NCBI RefSeq assembly: GCF_000150275.1 | Contig: NW_002060958.1 | Coordinates: 479,701-543,700 of the forward strand | Origin: Trichoplax adhaerens | Lineage: Eukaryota > Animalia > Placozoa | Reading direction: 5' to 3' | DNA: 64,000 bases | Shown: one piece after another, positions 26,623-39,139 of the stretch | Layout: each line of letters begins with the position of its first letter | How positions within the stretch are numbered: position 1 is the first letter of the stretch | The notes under the pieces: generated by a model | Database searches by the model: none | Seen by the model: only the letters and a program-made list of their open reading frames with translations | Told to the model about the DNA's origin: nothing | Program-made: the position numbers and the translations under genes

Positions 26623-29600
26623 ATGATGATGGCAAAATTATCTTGGACGGGCTTCCTATTATCAGTATTGACCATTTTTTCCTGCTGGTCCACAGCACGT
26701 AAGTACAAGATTGTTTCTTTTAGTCAGTCAAGATTGTAGTCATACTGGCAAGATGGCAATGCAGTTGTACTACTACAAATAGTGTCCATTGCTTTGAAAA
26801 TATAAAAACATAGTATATGGACCGTTATCCAATGCTTACACAGTCATGCTGAGGCAATATTGCGTGAAAAAATTCAATCCATGCTTTGCTATCATCATAA
26901 CTATGCGTTTGGTATGTTACTCACCACGATGAAACAGGAGTAATTGAATCTACTGGCCAACTTTGATCATGCATGGCTATATCCAAAGAGCAAAAATTCC
27001 AAACATTTTCAATTGGAATTGGATTTAGCCGTTTGATGTACTGTAGAGGGTGTCCTTTTTTTAGTCGCCATTGGATCGAAATGGCAGTGTTGTCAAAAAA
27101 AGGCGGAAAAACCATGTGCTGATTACCGGCCATCATGCATTTTTTCATAAAAATCGACATCATCAATGCGTGATGGACGAAAAAATAACTGAAACAAGGA
27201 ATCAACCATAGTTAATCATATTCGCCTATTTTGAAAGTGTTCAAAATCTGCAGACTATTGGGTAATTGATTTGGATTGCTCTCTCTGCATCGCAACTACC
27301 GTAAAAGATTCTATCAATTTTTTCCTAGAAAATGGATACGTTTCGAACATGATTAACTGTAAAGTTGCTTATGTACAGTTCGTCATGATCTTCTTGTACA
27401 GATACCTTATTCTTATAGCGCAATATTCACATTTCTTTACAAGTACCTAACGAGCAAGCGATATCTTGCTGCGATGATCGCTAGGATGGTATTACAACGA
27501 ATTGTGGATGCCCGCTTTATTCTACAATTTTAAGAGTACTGCGAAAAGGAATGTAGAATACGACTCTTGAAATACATTGATATTTCTTTTGCCCACTATA
27601 GAACGACTATAGAATAACACCAAATGCAGCCATATCGGGCTGGTTAACCATGCATTAAACTCCCAAATTGAAAAGGCGCGTAGTGAAGTATATCAACCAA
27701 ATGAAACTATAATCATACTGTGCAAGAGTGACTAGTCATTGCTAGGAATATCGTAGGCTCTCAACTAATGATAACTGCTCGGCTTGCGATGAGAAATAGG
27801 AGAGGGTAAAGATAGTTTTGATAATTTATTGTGCATTGCACATATTACAGATGCTAATTGCTTACATAAACTTTCAACTCACACCAATGCAGGAAAAACG
27901 GATACTTTGGGAAGTAATTCAAAAATTGTAAATACTGTAGTAAACATGTAGTCCGTTAACCTTCTACCCGATGCTACATAATAATCAAGACATATTACGA
28001 ATGGTTCATGATTACTTTTGCTTTCAAGCCAGATTACGTTCGCAAATATAGTCACAGCACATTTTGCAATCGTGTAAAAATGGGCTTGCATACGGCGCAA
28101 CTTCATGCTTTACAAGTAAACTCCACGTCCTTATGAAGGCCAAGATGAGATAGAGAAGGGTTGGGTTAAACTATTGCTACTATAGTTGCTAGACTAAGAT
28201 TATTACTAACTGCAGTAGTTGCTACATCTTCAGAAATGCTTAGTTCCTTCATCGATTAATTATCTGCTATCAATTTTTAGTTTTCATTCTCTCATTATTT
28301 AAATAGTGTATGCTACCTACGATTGGCTACTTTTAGTCTATAAACAACTGGTGTAACCGGGTAGGATAATACATGATGGATAATAAAGAACTTATGATTA
28401 ATATTCTGCTGTAGTGAACTCCGAAATGGTGCATGTTTTTATTCTACTGCTTTCTAATGCATATGTTCAAGTGGATTAACCTTTGCAGTATCGTCGGCCA
28501 AATAAAACGTATACAATACTTTACAACAGGATAAGTTTCCTTAACCGATTGTAAACTATATCATTAGGTTGCGTCTGTAGACTGCTGCCATGACAGTGCT
28601 CCATCGTCTCACTGATACAGTAGTTTAGTTTCAAAGTTAACAAGAAGTATAAATCAATTTATTTCTTTCCTACCAATATAGATGCATATGGTCACTTTGA
28701 TGGTTTGGGATATGCGTATTACGATACTACTTCCAGTCGTACCATTTCCTCACTCACTAATACAATATCGATGCAATTAAAAACTTTTGCTACGGACGGC
28801 GTATTGTTGATGGCTACTGGAAATAATAATTATATAGTAGTAGAATTGCATGCAGGTTATGTCAGGCTAAGAATCCGATTTAGTGGCACAACTGGAGCTG
28901 ATTATATTATTAGCAATGGCGTTAAAATTTCCGACAATCAATGGCATCGTGTGGAATTTACACGCGATCGATTTTTTGGATCTTTGACTGTCGATGGCAT
29001 TAGGTCTCCTAACGATTACCGAGATCAAGGTGAACGTGCTAGTATCATTATCAACCAGATGATATACGTTGGTGGTGTCCCTAGCAATATTAACGCAGCC
29101 AGTAATTTATACACACTACGCAACTATACTGGTTGCTTACGTTATGTCGTTTTCAATGGAATTACAATCCTTTCTAACGCACTCAGTAACCAGGTAAGTT
29201 ATGGTTATGTTGGTAAAATTACGAATAGCACTGATTGTGAAACTACGCCTGAACAATTTGTTGCGGCTCAAGTTCGATCTGAAACTTCAAGTATTACAAC
29301 TTCATGGACCCCTTCTAGCCGATGTGACTACTCATTTGAATTCTGGTTTCGCACTACGGATAGTGGAAATAACCGTGAATTAGTTTTTCTTGATGCAACG
29401 AATAGTATTGTTATTAATTTGAATGGAGGAATTGTTACAATGCTATTGTTTGGCACCTTTAACGTTCACAACTTTAAACCTAAAGTCGCTGATGGATCCT
29501 GGCATTTGCTTAAATTAACAGCATCGTGTACAAACATTCGCGTATACGTTGATGATGATTCTTCGGTTATTACTTTTTCCCAGACTTTGACGACACAACA

Positions 29601-32530
29601 AAGTCCACAGATAACTATCGGTTTGAAAAATATAAGGAGCTTTACTGGATGTGTACGAGGCATAAAGATAGATAATGTCTTAGAGCGAGTTGGTAGTAAT
29701 AAATTTATCCGCAGTGGTATTTCACTTAATAGTTGCCCCATTCAAAATTTCTGTCAACCATTCTTCCCTTGCTATAATAACGCTACGTGTACTAGTTCTT
29801 CCACTTCATTTACTTGTAATTGCGGCACTAACAGCAACTACGAAGGTTTCTATTGCCAAACATGTGAGTCACTTACAAAACCATAACGAAATACTTCACT
29901 ATTGTAGTGCTCATTATAATCAATTTCTACTGTATACTAAAACGATATAAATTCAATTCAATCATGCTATCAATAATAGATAAGTATCGAAGAAATTGCG
30001 AAGAAATTTTTATCGCTAACCCTTCCTCTCCAACCGGTTGGTATACAATCGATCCGGACGGACCTCATGGGCCCAATCTTCCGTTCCCAACTCAGTGCTT
30101 TACTGACTCTCGTGCTACTACTCAAGTATCTAATAATCGGGAAGGCTTTGCGAGAGTTCCCGTCTCATCTCAATATATTGGTCCCGGCAGTTTCGTTGCA
30201 AATATTATTTACCGCGATGGCCCAGCATCATCTATAAAGAATATAAGCATTGGGCAAGCTGCTGCCTTAGCTGATATCTCTCAAAGCTGTTCACAAACTG
30301 TAACGTATCGTTGTATGAAATCAGTTCTTCTTAATACACCTAACACCCCCTACGGCTGGTGGGTATCAAGAAATGACGAAAAAATTGTAAGCTGGGGCGG
30401 AGCACCTACTAATTCAATGAAATGTAGTTGTGGTGTTACTAACAGTTGTTATAACAGGACTAAAATGTGCAATTGTGACGCCAATCATGATTCAGTACGG
30501 GACGATTCCGGAGCTCTGACAGATAAGAGCCGCCTTCCTGTCAAACAACTAAAATTTGGTTACGAAGATATTGGAAGCAATCCACTCGCACTTTATTCTC
30601 TTGGTAAACTAAATTGTAGAAACAGAGGTAATTGCTATGCTTGTAAATATACTGAGCTAATTATTGATTAATAGTATTATCGAGCGCTGCCTACTAGTGA
30701 TTCCTACTTGTCTGTTGATTTAATACTACTGAATAAACTAAAATTTTATTAAGTACATTTAAATGCTTTATATGGTTATCTAGCAAATCCTAAGCACGTC
30801 ATTACGTTTACAACACGCGAGTCAACAGTTCAATTCCCGACTTGGCAAGCTGAGTTTAATGGCTACATAGAACTAGCGTTTAGATCTAGTATTAGTAACG
30901 GTGTGTTATTGAAGAACACTGGTAGATATGGATCTTTCATAAGATTAGCCGTGCAGCCAAAATTGATAACGTTAAATTACAATCTTGGGCAAGGTGGCGG
31001 CAATCAGGTTCTTCAAGTGAAAGCCGTAGGTAACACAGGTTTTGACGATAATGAGTGGCATAGAATTCGACTATCTTGTGCGTTATATCGCACTAGCTTA
31101 AAAGTTGACGACCAACCGGAAGCTACAAATTCTTCTCTACCTAATTATCAGTTAGTAAGGCTTGATATCGATAGTCCTCTCGTGCTAGGTGGTGATCTTA
31201 CCAAGTAAGTTTGCACACATTTGCTTAGTTAAATCTGATCTTCCATACAATTTTATCGTAAAATGCGATAGAAGTTAATTGTTTTTATAAAATGTTATTT
31301 TTTCTGCGAAAATGAGCAGTGGAATGAATGGCTATGTAGGTTGTATTGGCGATTTATATATAGGCGAAAATTTAAAGAAGTTAGATACTATCGTTGCTGC
31401 TATTGCCGGGGTGAGAAGCGGCTGTGGTAAGGCATGCTCCTTAGGTCCGTGCCAACATAATACATCTTGTACTGGAGATTACCTTAACTTTCAGTGTGAC
31501 TGCAAGAATACTTTATGGACTGGACGGACATGCCAAGCACGTAAGTTTCAATTATAAAGAACTCGTTATTGTGATTATTGTAAGCAGCAATTGCTGAAAT
31601 GTTTCATTCCTATAAATACATAAATTGAGATGAATGTTATAATGGTTAAATTTCTGAAATGTCATAAGTATTCTAAATGGTAAAGTTTTATTCTATCGAT
31701 ATTATTTCCTTTCAGCAAAAGGAGCTCATTTTTCTGGTGGTAATATTATCGAATACAAGGCAAATGAAACTTTAGCTAGCCTTGCTGATGGCACCCAAGA
31801 CATCAGTTTTAATTTTGTCTCCAATGCAACAACTATTAAAATTTTTGATATTCAGACTAACAATGGGCAAAAGATAGAATTTGGACTAGATAACGGTCAG
31901 GCATACCTTTCCGTGAATAGCAATCGATCTCCATTACAAGGATTTATAAGCGACGAACAAAGCCATCAAGTCATTATTAGCCCAACTACCAATTCAATTT
32001 CAATCGATGGAGATCGCAATGTGTTAGGAAGTATTCCTTCTGTTTTAGATTTACCGACAGTCCAAATAGGGAGTTCTGGCAATAGTAGATTAACCTCGAT
32101 GTGTGTTTATAACGTTTCATTCATCGGCATACCAATTATGGCTTACGCGTTTAGTAATGCTCAAAATCCATCTATTACATCAACACCTAACTCTGGAAAT
32201 CAAGGAGCAACAGAATCAGTTTGTGTAGCCGGTAATGTCATAAAGACTCCGGCGCCTACTACACCTTCAATTCGTGCAACATCACTAAGTACGGGAGCTT
32301 CTACTACAGCAAGTACTCAATTAGTAGGAATCCCTCCAGGTGGAATTGTAGGTATAGTTATTGGTCTAATTATTCTTATGGTCATCATAGCGTGGGCGTA
32401 CATAAAATTTGCAAATAAAACTAGAGGCAAATATTCGATTAATACAGAATATGGCAAGACTAACGCTTATTCTGATGCAACTTTGAATACGGTCAACGCT
32501 GATAAGAATCCGAAAGAATGGTTTTTATAA
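26623..32530 (+). CDS. Caspr/CNTNAP/Neurexin-IV-like type I membrane protein (SP-LamG-LamG-EGF-fibrinogen-like-LamG-EGF-LamG-like-TM-PDZ ligand)
   Basis: Exons 26623-26698 (signal peptide MMMAKLSWTGFLLSVLTIFSCWSTA), 28682-29863, 29980-30627, 30784-31204, 31320-31540, 31716-32530; all junctions are GT-AG and in frame. Motifs include DNQWHRV, YTIDPDGPHGP, WWVSRN..WGGA..CSCG..CNCDA..D.G.LTDK..LPV, a TM segment, RGKYSINTE and C-terminal KEWFL. Confidence 0.9.
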
Positions 32531-35500
32531 ATTAATTCAAAACGTTAAAGCTTCGTGTCACTTTTTAATTTTATGGCTATTGAAAGATAAAAGTTTAAAT
32601 TAGTATCTTTTCAAATCATTGTTTTGTGGTAGGCTATTCAAAATCCGAAAAAGAAATGCCGCTTATATCTGCTAATGTTAAGTCAATGGTGCAGCAGTAC
32701 ATAGTTTAAAGTATTTCATGTACAGTATGCACGCAATCTGCAATTTCATTATGATTGTACCCTAAACCAAGATGTATTGTAGTACTTTTTAGTACATTCT
32801 TAATTCTTTCATTTATCGTATACTGTGACGCAAATTGTATTACAGGTATTCGAAGTAAAATTATGATATAGCAGATACAATGGCATAAAATCCACAAATA
32901 CCTTAATTATTATATCAGGTTCTTTTAAATTCATGTATTCTTTCTATACTCAAAATGAAAGTAAGTAATGATTATTGCCGTTATTGCATTTAATAAGCGT
33001 TCTTAAATAATATGTAATATTAGAATTTATGCACCTGTAGTACAGTAGTATTAGTGGGCTATCGATAGATAAGGTTTGATAATACCTTGATTGACTATGT
33101 CAAAGTAAATCAGGGCATATTTACAAGTGCAGAATACTTGGTCATTTTTGTGAGTATCTATACCGCCTGTAAATGAAAGTAGACACCTTTGCCGTGAAAA
33201 ATCTTTATGGTGATAACGGCGAGACTTACAATAATGAGAGATTGACATCTTGTACTTAAATTTGTTAAGACAGCGTATTGTGGTTTGACCATGTTGTGCA
33301 ATCGATGCTTTTTTGAATTTTCTTTCTTCATTTTTGTCGTCTATTCTGCTTGTTATTTGACTGTATGTCGGCTTTCTTAAATTTAGAATTGCATATGACC
33401 TCTAGTATTTATTTTGTTACCGTTATATGTGCTGAATTTTTCTGGCCAGTTGATATGATAGCCTAGTATACAACCAGTACGACAAGAACTACTCTATATC
33501 TTATGCCAGTGCTAATTACTGGAACTGACTATCAAACATAACTTTAAAATAATTTGTGCATTATAATTTACAATGTGTGCAGTATTATATAACAAATAAA
33601 GGAATTTCTTTAAAATAATTGTTTGCCATCTCTTATTACGTATTCTAATTAATGAAGTGTATGAATTTATGACATTATGTATCATTTCTACTGCTTCATG
33701 GTTGATTTGTTTTACATTCTCGTACCGAAACCTCATTTTTTCTATTGTTTTGTTTTATTGACAAGTAAGGCGATATTCAAATCACTGTTTTTGCAATTTC
33801 ACAGACTATTAATGGTATCAACGATAATTTAAATAAAAACGGCATAAAATGTGGTAACATTTTGGTGATTCCTGCTGTCCAACACTAGTATCAGTAAGTT
33901 GATGGCCGATTGATTTTCTGGTTAAATCTTGTGGGTCATTCTACTATAATCATTAACTGTGAATAGATAAAAATTGCAGTAAATGTTGATTAGATTTTAA
34001 ATTAAAAATGCTTTAACGATCAGGTAATAACATGCATGTTATCATGATCAATTTCAAATATACCTGATGCTGAAATTGCAAATATTGAAATAGTCAACGC
34101 CTTTTTAGATTCGTAGCGATACTCCTAAAAAACAGGACTCGAGATTCATTTTATTTTCGTCTACCTATTGTAATCTCATCGCTTGAATTAATCGAGCTAT
34201 CTTACGAGCGCAAATTAATATCATCTCTTTGCTATAGATAAAAGCACTTGGCAAAAGCCATGTTACTAAAGTCAATTTGTAATTGACTAAAGTTTAATTA
34301 TTGCGAATAATATTTTACGCCAATTAATTGCTAGGGTAGTGAACACTGAGCTGACTGATTACTGCAATAAGCGAAGATTTCACATTCGTAATAGTTGACT
34401 TATCGTGAGCAAACTTTGTCCATTTAATGTTAACATTAATTAACGATCTCAAAATTAAAACTTTGGCGTACAACGTTGTACTATTACAATCATAAGACAA
34501 AAAACTCCATTATAGTATCTTGGTACAGTAATATTACATATTAGGTACAGTCTAAATATTAAAGCTGTACAGCACTGTCTTCGAGTAGCCAGTCTTTAAC
34601 CTACGGGCTTTTATTGTATCTCCTCGATTTATATGAATCTATTTTTTCAATATTTTATTTTCTTTCTTTCTGTTAATACGTAATCTAAACTTATCTAACT
34701 ACCCATTAATTTACACATTTTATTTACAAATTTTATAACTTTTAGATAAAAGCATTATAATTTATTTAAACTTAGTCTAATTCGCTTGCATATCATCGAA
34801 AACTAGAAAGCGTCATTAATGCCAGTAGGAATATTTACAAAAGTATATAGAAATCTAAACTTGCCAATCCACAGGATTGCTGAATTTCATGTCTTATGCT
34901 GATGTCGTAACGTGGCTCGAATTTAGCCAATTGCATTGCATTTTAGATAGCAATTGCAATAGGAAGCGATACTAATGTGCCGGTTTAGATTGTATGCCAA
35001 CTCGTATGAAGTAAATTTAATCCAATTGAAATCAAGTGAAATTACGTATCTGCCGTTGAAAGTCTGCAACTGAATTCATTTATAATTTACAGTAGCAGTA
35101 TTCTACAATTTGACAGCTACAGGAACTTTATGGAAAGTTAAGTGGACGCCCATAAATATACTTATATTATTAGTCGGCGTTGAATGATAAAAGTTCACAA
35201 TGATTGAAAAGGAAATACTGATTTTAATTCGTGGAGAGATTCCATTTTTCATTTCTAATATTACTTCTGAATACTAATTGTAAACACTATCCTGCTTTAA
35301 GCCAATTACCAGTTTATACTTGGGAACGCGACCTACAGTAGTAATGGCGACTTCCCCATTACATATCCTTAAAATTACAGTAAGTAATTGTATTTCATTG
35401 CTGAGATGACTATTGGCATCGTCATACGGTCTTCACAAATTTTAACCGGCTTCATTATTAATAATCGTTAGTATCGTCAAGGTTGCATAATTTGATAAAA

Positions 35501-36672
35501 CAGATGACTTGTAGTCATTTATTGTAGAATAGTAGAGCAGAGCGTTTACTTTGTCCACTGTTAGGAAAGACTGTTGTCTTAAGTACCTTAATCGAGCAGA
35601 TTTGCATTTGGCTACAAATAAAGGCATGATCAATTCCGCCTATTTAAGCTAATACTTCAAGCAATAAAAGTGGATTCTGGGAAGATTTATGCGTGGCTTC
35701 GGCTTAATTGAACAAACTTTTTTCCATTCTTCTATTTTAATCACTATCGCACAATAAATTTTCGAATAAAGCTTTTTATCATTAAAATTGATCTTTGTTG
35801 TTGACCTCGATATTTCCCATGCAGTCCTCTACTGTATGGCTAAAGGAGATTTTTTTTCTCCGTTGAAAAAGTTTCATTATACAACTAGTGGGCAATTATG
35901 GGGCATGAATTTACTATCCATGTTGCTAACACAGCAAGTGAATTGTTACCGACGCTTTCAAATACTTGATAGCACCCTGCCAGCTACCAGCTGTAGTCGA
36001 AATGATGAAAGCCATGACCGACTGCCGCCATATAGGTAATATCACACGTCCAGTGGAACGCGTAAACTGTATTATATCAACATCTATTTCTTCCTATCTG
36101 GAAGGAAAAATTGATCCTTTATTGGAAAATAGATAGAATACTTGTAGATGTCTGAAATAGTATAACAATACACTACTTTAATGATACCAAACTATCAGCT
36201 GAAGTATCTAGAAAGAGACATAGATCACCGACTCAGTTTAGTGCTACACTAGCGATGCCATTAGTTGCATTACTGTTTCTTTGTCCTTTAACGCCGTCGG
36301 TAGTCGAATGCACATAATGTACAGTGCAGAAAGGGCCCTTGGTTAGTGATTTACGATCGATTTTTAAAATAGCTATCGCATCGAAATCCAATTTGGAAAA
36401 AGCTTTGATATACAGTGATGCTTATTGTAAAGCTTGTTTAATTAAGCTCTTACTGTGTAACCCGCTATTCCAACGGCACTGGTATGTCTATAAGCACTGT
36501 TCATAGTTGGTAACTTTTATTTCAGATCAAATAAACACCATCAAAATGGCCAAGCAATGGACAATATGTTCAATTGTTCCATTTCAGCAATGGTGTAAAT
36601 GATGTTTGATAAGGATATGGCCACAGCCTTGAGTGTGGCGGCGCACAATAGAACGACGAATTAATCCTTGAC

Positions 36673-37240
36673 CCTAGTTTATTTTGGAAACAATTTATTT
36701 CATTGACCGCGTTTCCTTAACTATCTATCTCGCGCAGGATAGAGGCCCTGTATCTAAAGTAATTATGCACAAGTGTAATTTTATGATGACAAGAATTGCT
36801 TGCCAATTTTTGCAACCTAGTTTATTTTGGAAAGAATTTATTTTATTGACGGTTTGCTGAACTATCTATCTCGCGCAGGATAGAGACCCTGTATCTAAAG
36901 TGATTAAGCACAAGTGTAATTTTATGATGACAAGAATTGCTTGCCAATTTTTGCAACCTAGTTTATTTTGGAAAGAATTTATTTTATTGACGGTTTGCTG
37001 AACTATCTATCTCGCGCAGGATAGAGACCCTGTATCTAAAGTGATTAAGCACAAGTGTAATTTTGTGATGACAAGAACTGCTTGCCAATTTTTGCAACCT
37101 ACAGTAGTTTATTTTGGAAAGAATTTATTTCATTGACGGTTTGCTGAACTATCTATCTCGCGCAGGATAGAGGCCCTGTATCTAAAGTGATTATGCACAA
37201 ATGCAATTTTGTGATGACAACCATTGCTTGCCAATTTTTG
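36673..37240. repeat. Tandem repeat, ~141-146 bp unit, 4 copies
   Basis: Units start at 36673, 36816, 36957 and 37098 (CCTAGTTTATTTTGGAAA...CTATCTATCTCGCGCAGGATAGAG...GCTTGCCAATTTTTG). Confidence 0.95.
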
Positions 37241-38122
37241 TAATCATTTGCATTTGCATGCATGCAATGCCAATTTCTCCATTCTTTGTAAGAGCAGTCT
37301 GCAATTTGCTTAAGATGAAAAGTCTTGTAAGACTGTACAAAAGCAAATGAATTGAACATTTGCTAGTTACTATTATTAGAATGGTCTTTACTCCTCTTTT
37401 TTTTTTTCATCCCCTAACTCAACCTTACCATTGGCCATTAGCCCCGGCGAGAGCCGCATCCATCGTTTTTCAACTTTACAAGTCAGCCTGTCAATTTTGA
37501 ACCATTCTCGGATTGTCCGGCCTTGGAAATTAGCCATACATATCATGTATATGTATGACATTATAATATACTGTACATGTAGTGAAGTGAAGTCTGTTGG
37601 GAGACTTAAGCTGCAATACCTTCTTGAGTAGACTACAACGAATTTTCAATTTCATTGTTTAAGAAAACATTATTTTAGGCAATAAAAGATGATTTTATGT
37701 TTTTGGGTAACTCTATCCGTAGACTAGTCCCTGTCTTGATGAAAAGGTACAAAAGAAATTTCTTGATATTGTTGCAAGAGCAATGGCACAGAGCGCAAGT
37801 TGAACAAGAAAGACTGTACTTGTAGTTTCCACATGTTCAAGAAACTTGATGCTCTTCTGGCAATGATGCTAACTTACACGGCTTGCAAATGGACTAAACT
37901 GAATTGGTTTGAGTGAGATTGTCAAGCCCAAGTGGAGCAATGTTTGAAAAGTCGTCCATGGCCGTGTGCTCTATCGGTGTTGTTTTGGGCCGACTACCGC
38001 CAATCTGAAGGTGTATTGCCACCCCATGTCTGGGACTCCGTCTGGACACTGTCCAGGTTATTGTCAGTGTCAAACAGGTGCAGAGTTTTTCTCTCACAGG
38101 TACTCCGTCGTCAGCACTCACT

Positions 38123-38182
38123 GCCTACTGGATACTGTCCATTGTACTGTAGAGTACAGTACTATGGATGGTGTCCATAGGT
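38123..38182 (+). other. ~60-nt stem-loop built around a CAGTA core
   Basis: TGGATACTGTCCAT pairs fully with ATGGATGGTGTCCA using 3 G-U pairs. The inner GTACTGTA/TACAGTAC stem closes a GAG loop; the outer pairing is GCCTA/TAGGT. Confidence 0.55.
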
Positions 38183-39139
38183 ACTGTATCCGAATTGACG
38201 CCCACATCCCTGAATGGTCAGTAGGTGACACTCGACCACTGGCGTAACCTGTCCCCACTCTCTTCCATGGCTGTCTGTCCGAAGACCAAGCTTTGGATGC
38301 CCCCCCTCCGTCCACGACTTGAATGCTTGCCAACGTCCAAGACAATAAATTGTGGGTAGAGTACGCATACTAGTGTTGATTTTCCATACGAAAGGCGTCG
38401 TGAGTGGGGGCACGGATAGCCATCGACTCGGGGTAGACATCTGTAGTTTGGACAACTTGGGTCGATTGCAAAAGCTGAAGGAGAGAGAGAATGCGAGTTT
38501 AGCCAGGTATCAAAAGGCATCAAAATAGCGTCGACAAAAGGCGAAGAAAGATTTGAAAGATGACGTCAGATTTTCAATCTTGCACAAGAATTGGTAGACA
38601 AGAGATTGATGAGCAGAGAGTAAAACCATTTTAAGCTTGATTTTCAACCGTTTTGCTTGTTGACAAAGCGTGGATAAAAAAATCTTTTCCATCATTTCAA
38701 TTGTCAAGATAAACAACAAGAGCAAATTGTTGTTGGGCATTGATTCAATTGGATATCCATTGGGAGACGTATCTTGTGTCGTGGCAGTCTTGGTGGGGCT
38801 GATAGTGGTACACGATAGCCCACACCATCATTCTATTTCAATTTATTACATCAGATTGACCAATCCATGTATCGATCATCCTTTCCAACATACATGATTC
38901 TCTTGTAAATTATTCTTCCTCCTTTCAACCTGCTAAATCCCACCACAAGAACATTGATTACCATCAAGTCCAAGCGCAATCATACTCCGATCACTACTGG
39001 ATCGCCATTGATACAAGTTGTCTTGTCATCTTGAATGCAGTAACGTATTGCAAGTGGACTAGCGACGCATCATTGATATTCTTATCCTACACCATTGCTC
39101 AATCATTGCCATACCAAAACAACACGACTTCATATTGGT

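Larger units (their letters stand above)
36251..39046. repeat. Block duplicated at 61454-64000
   Basis: Sequence and ORF translations appear identical, with offsets 25203 (before the second gap) and 24954 (after it). Confidence 0.95.

Noticed and set aside
38118-38897. Cluster of overlapping 75-101 aa ORFs (repeated at 63072-63851)
   Set aside because: No recognisable domain; best explained as the GC-richer promoter/5'-UTR of the MBD5/6-like gene.
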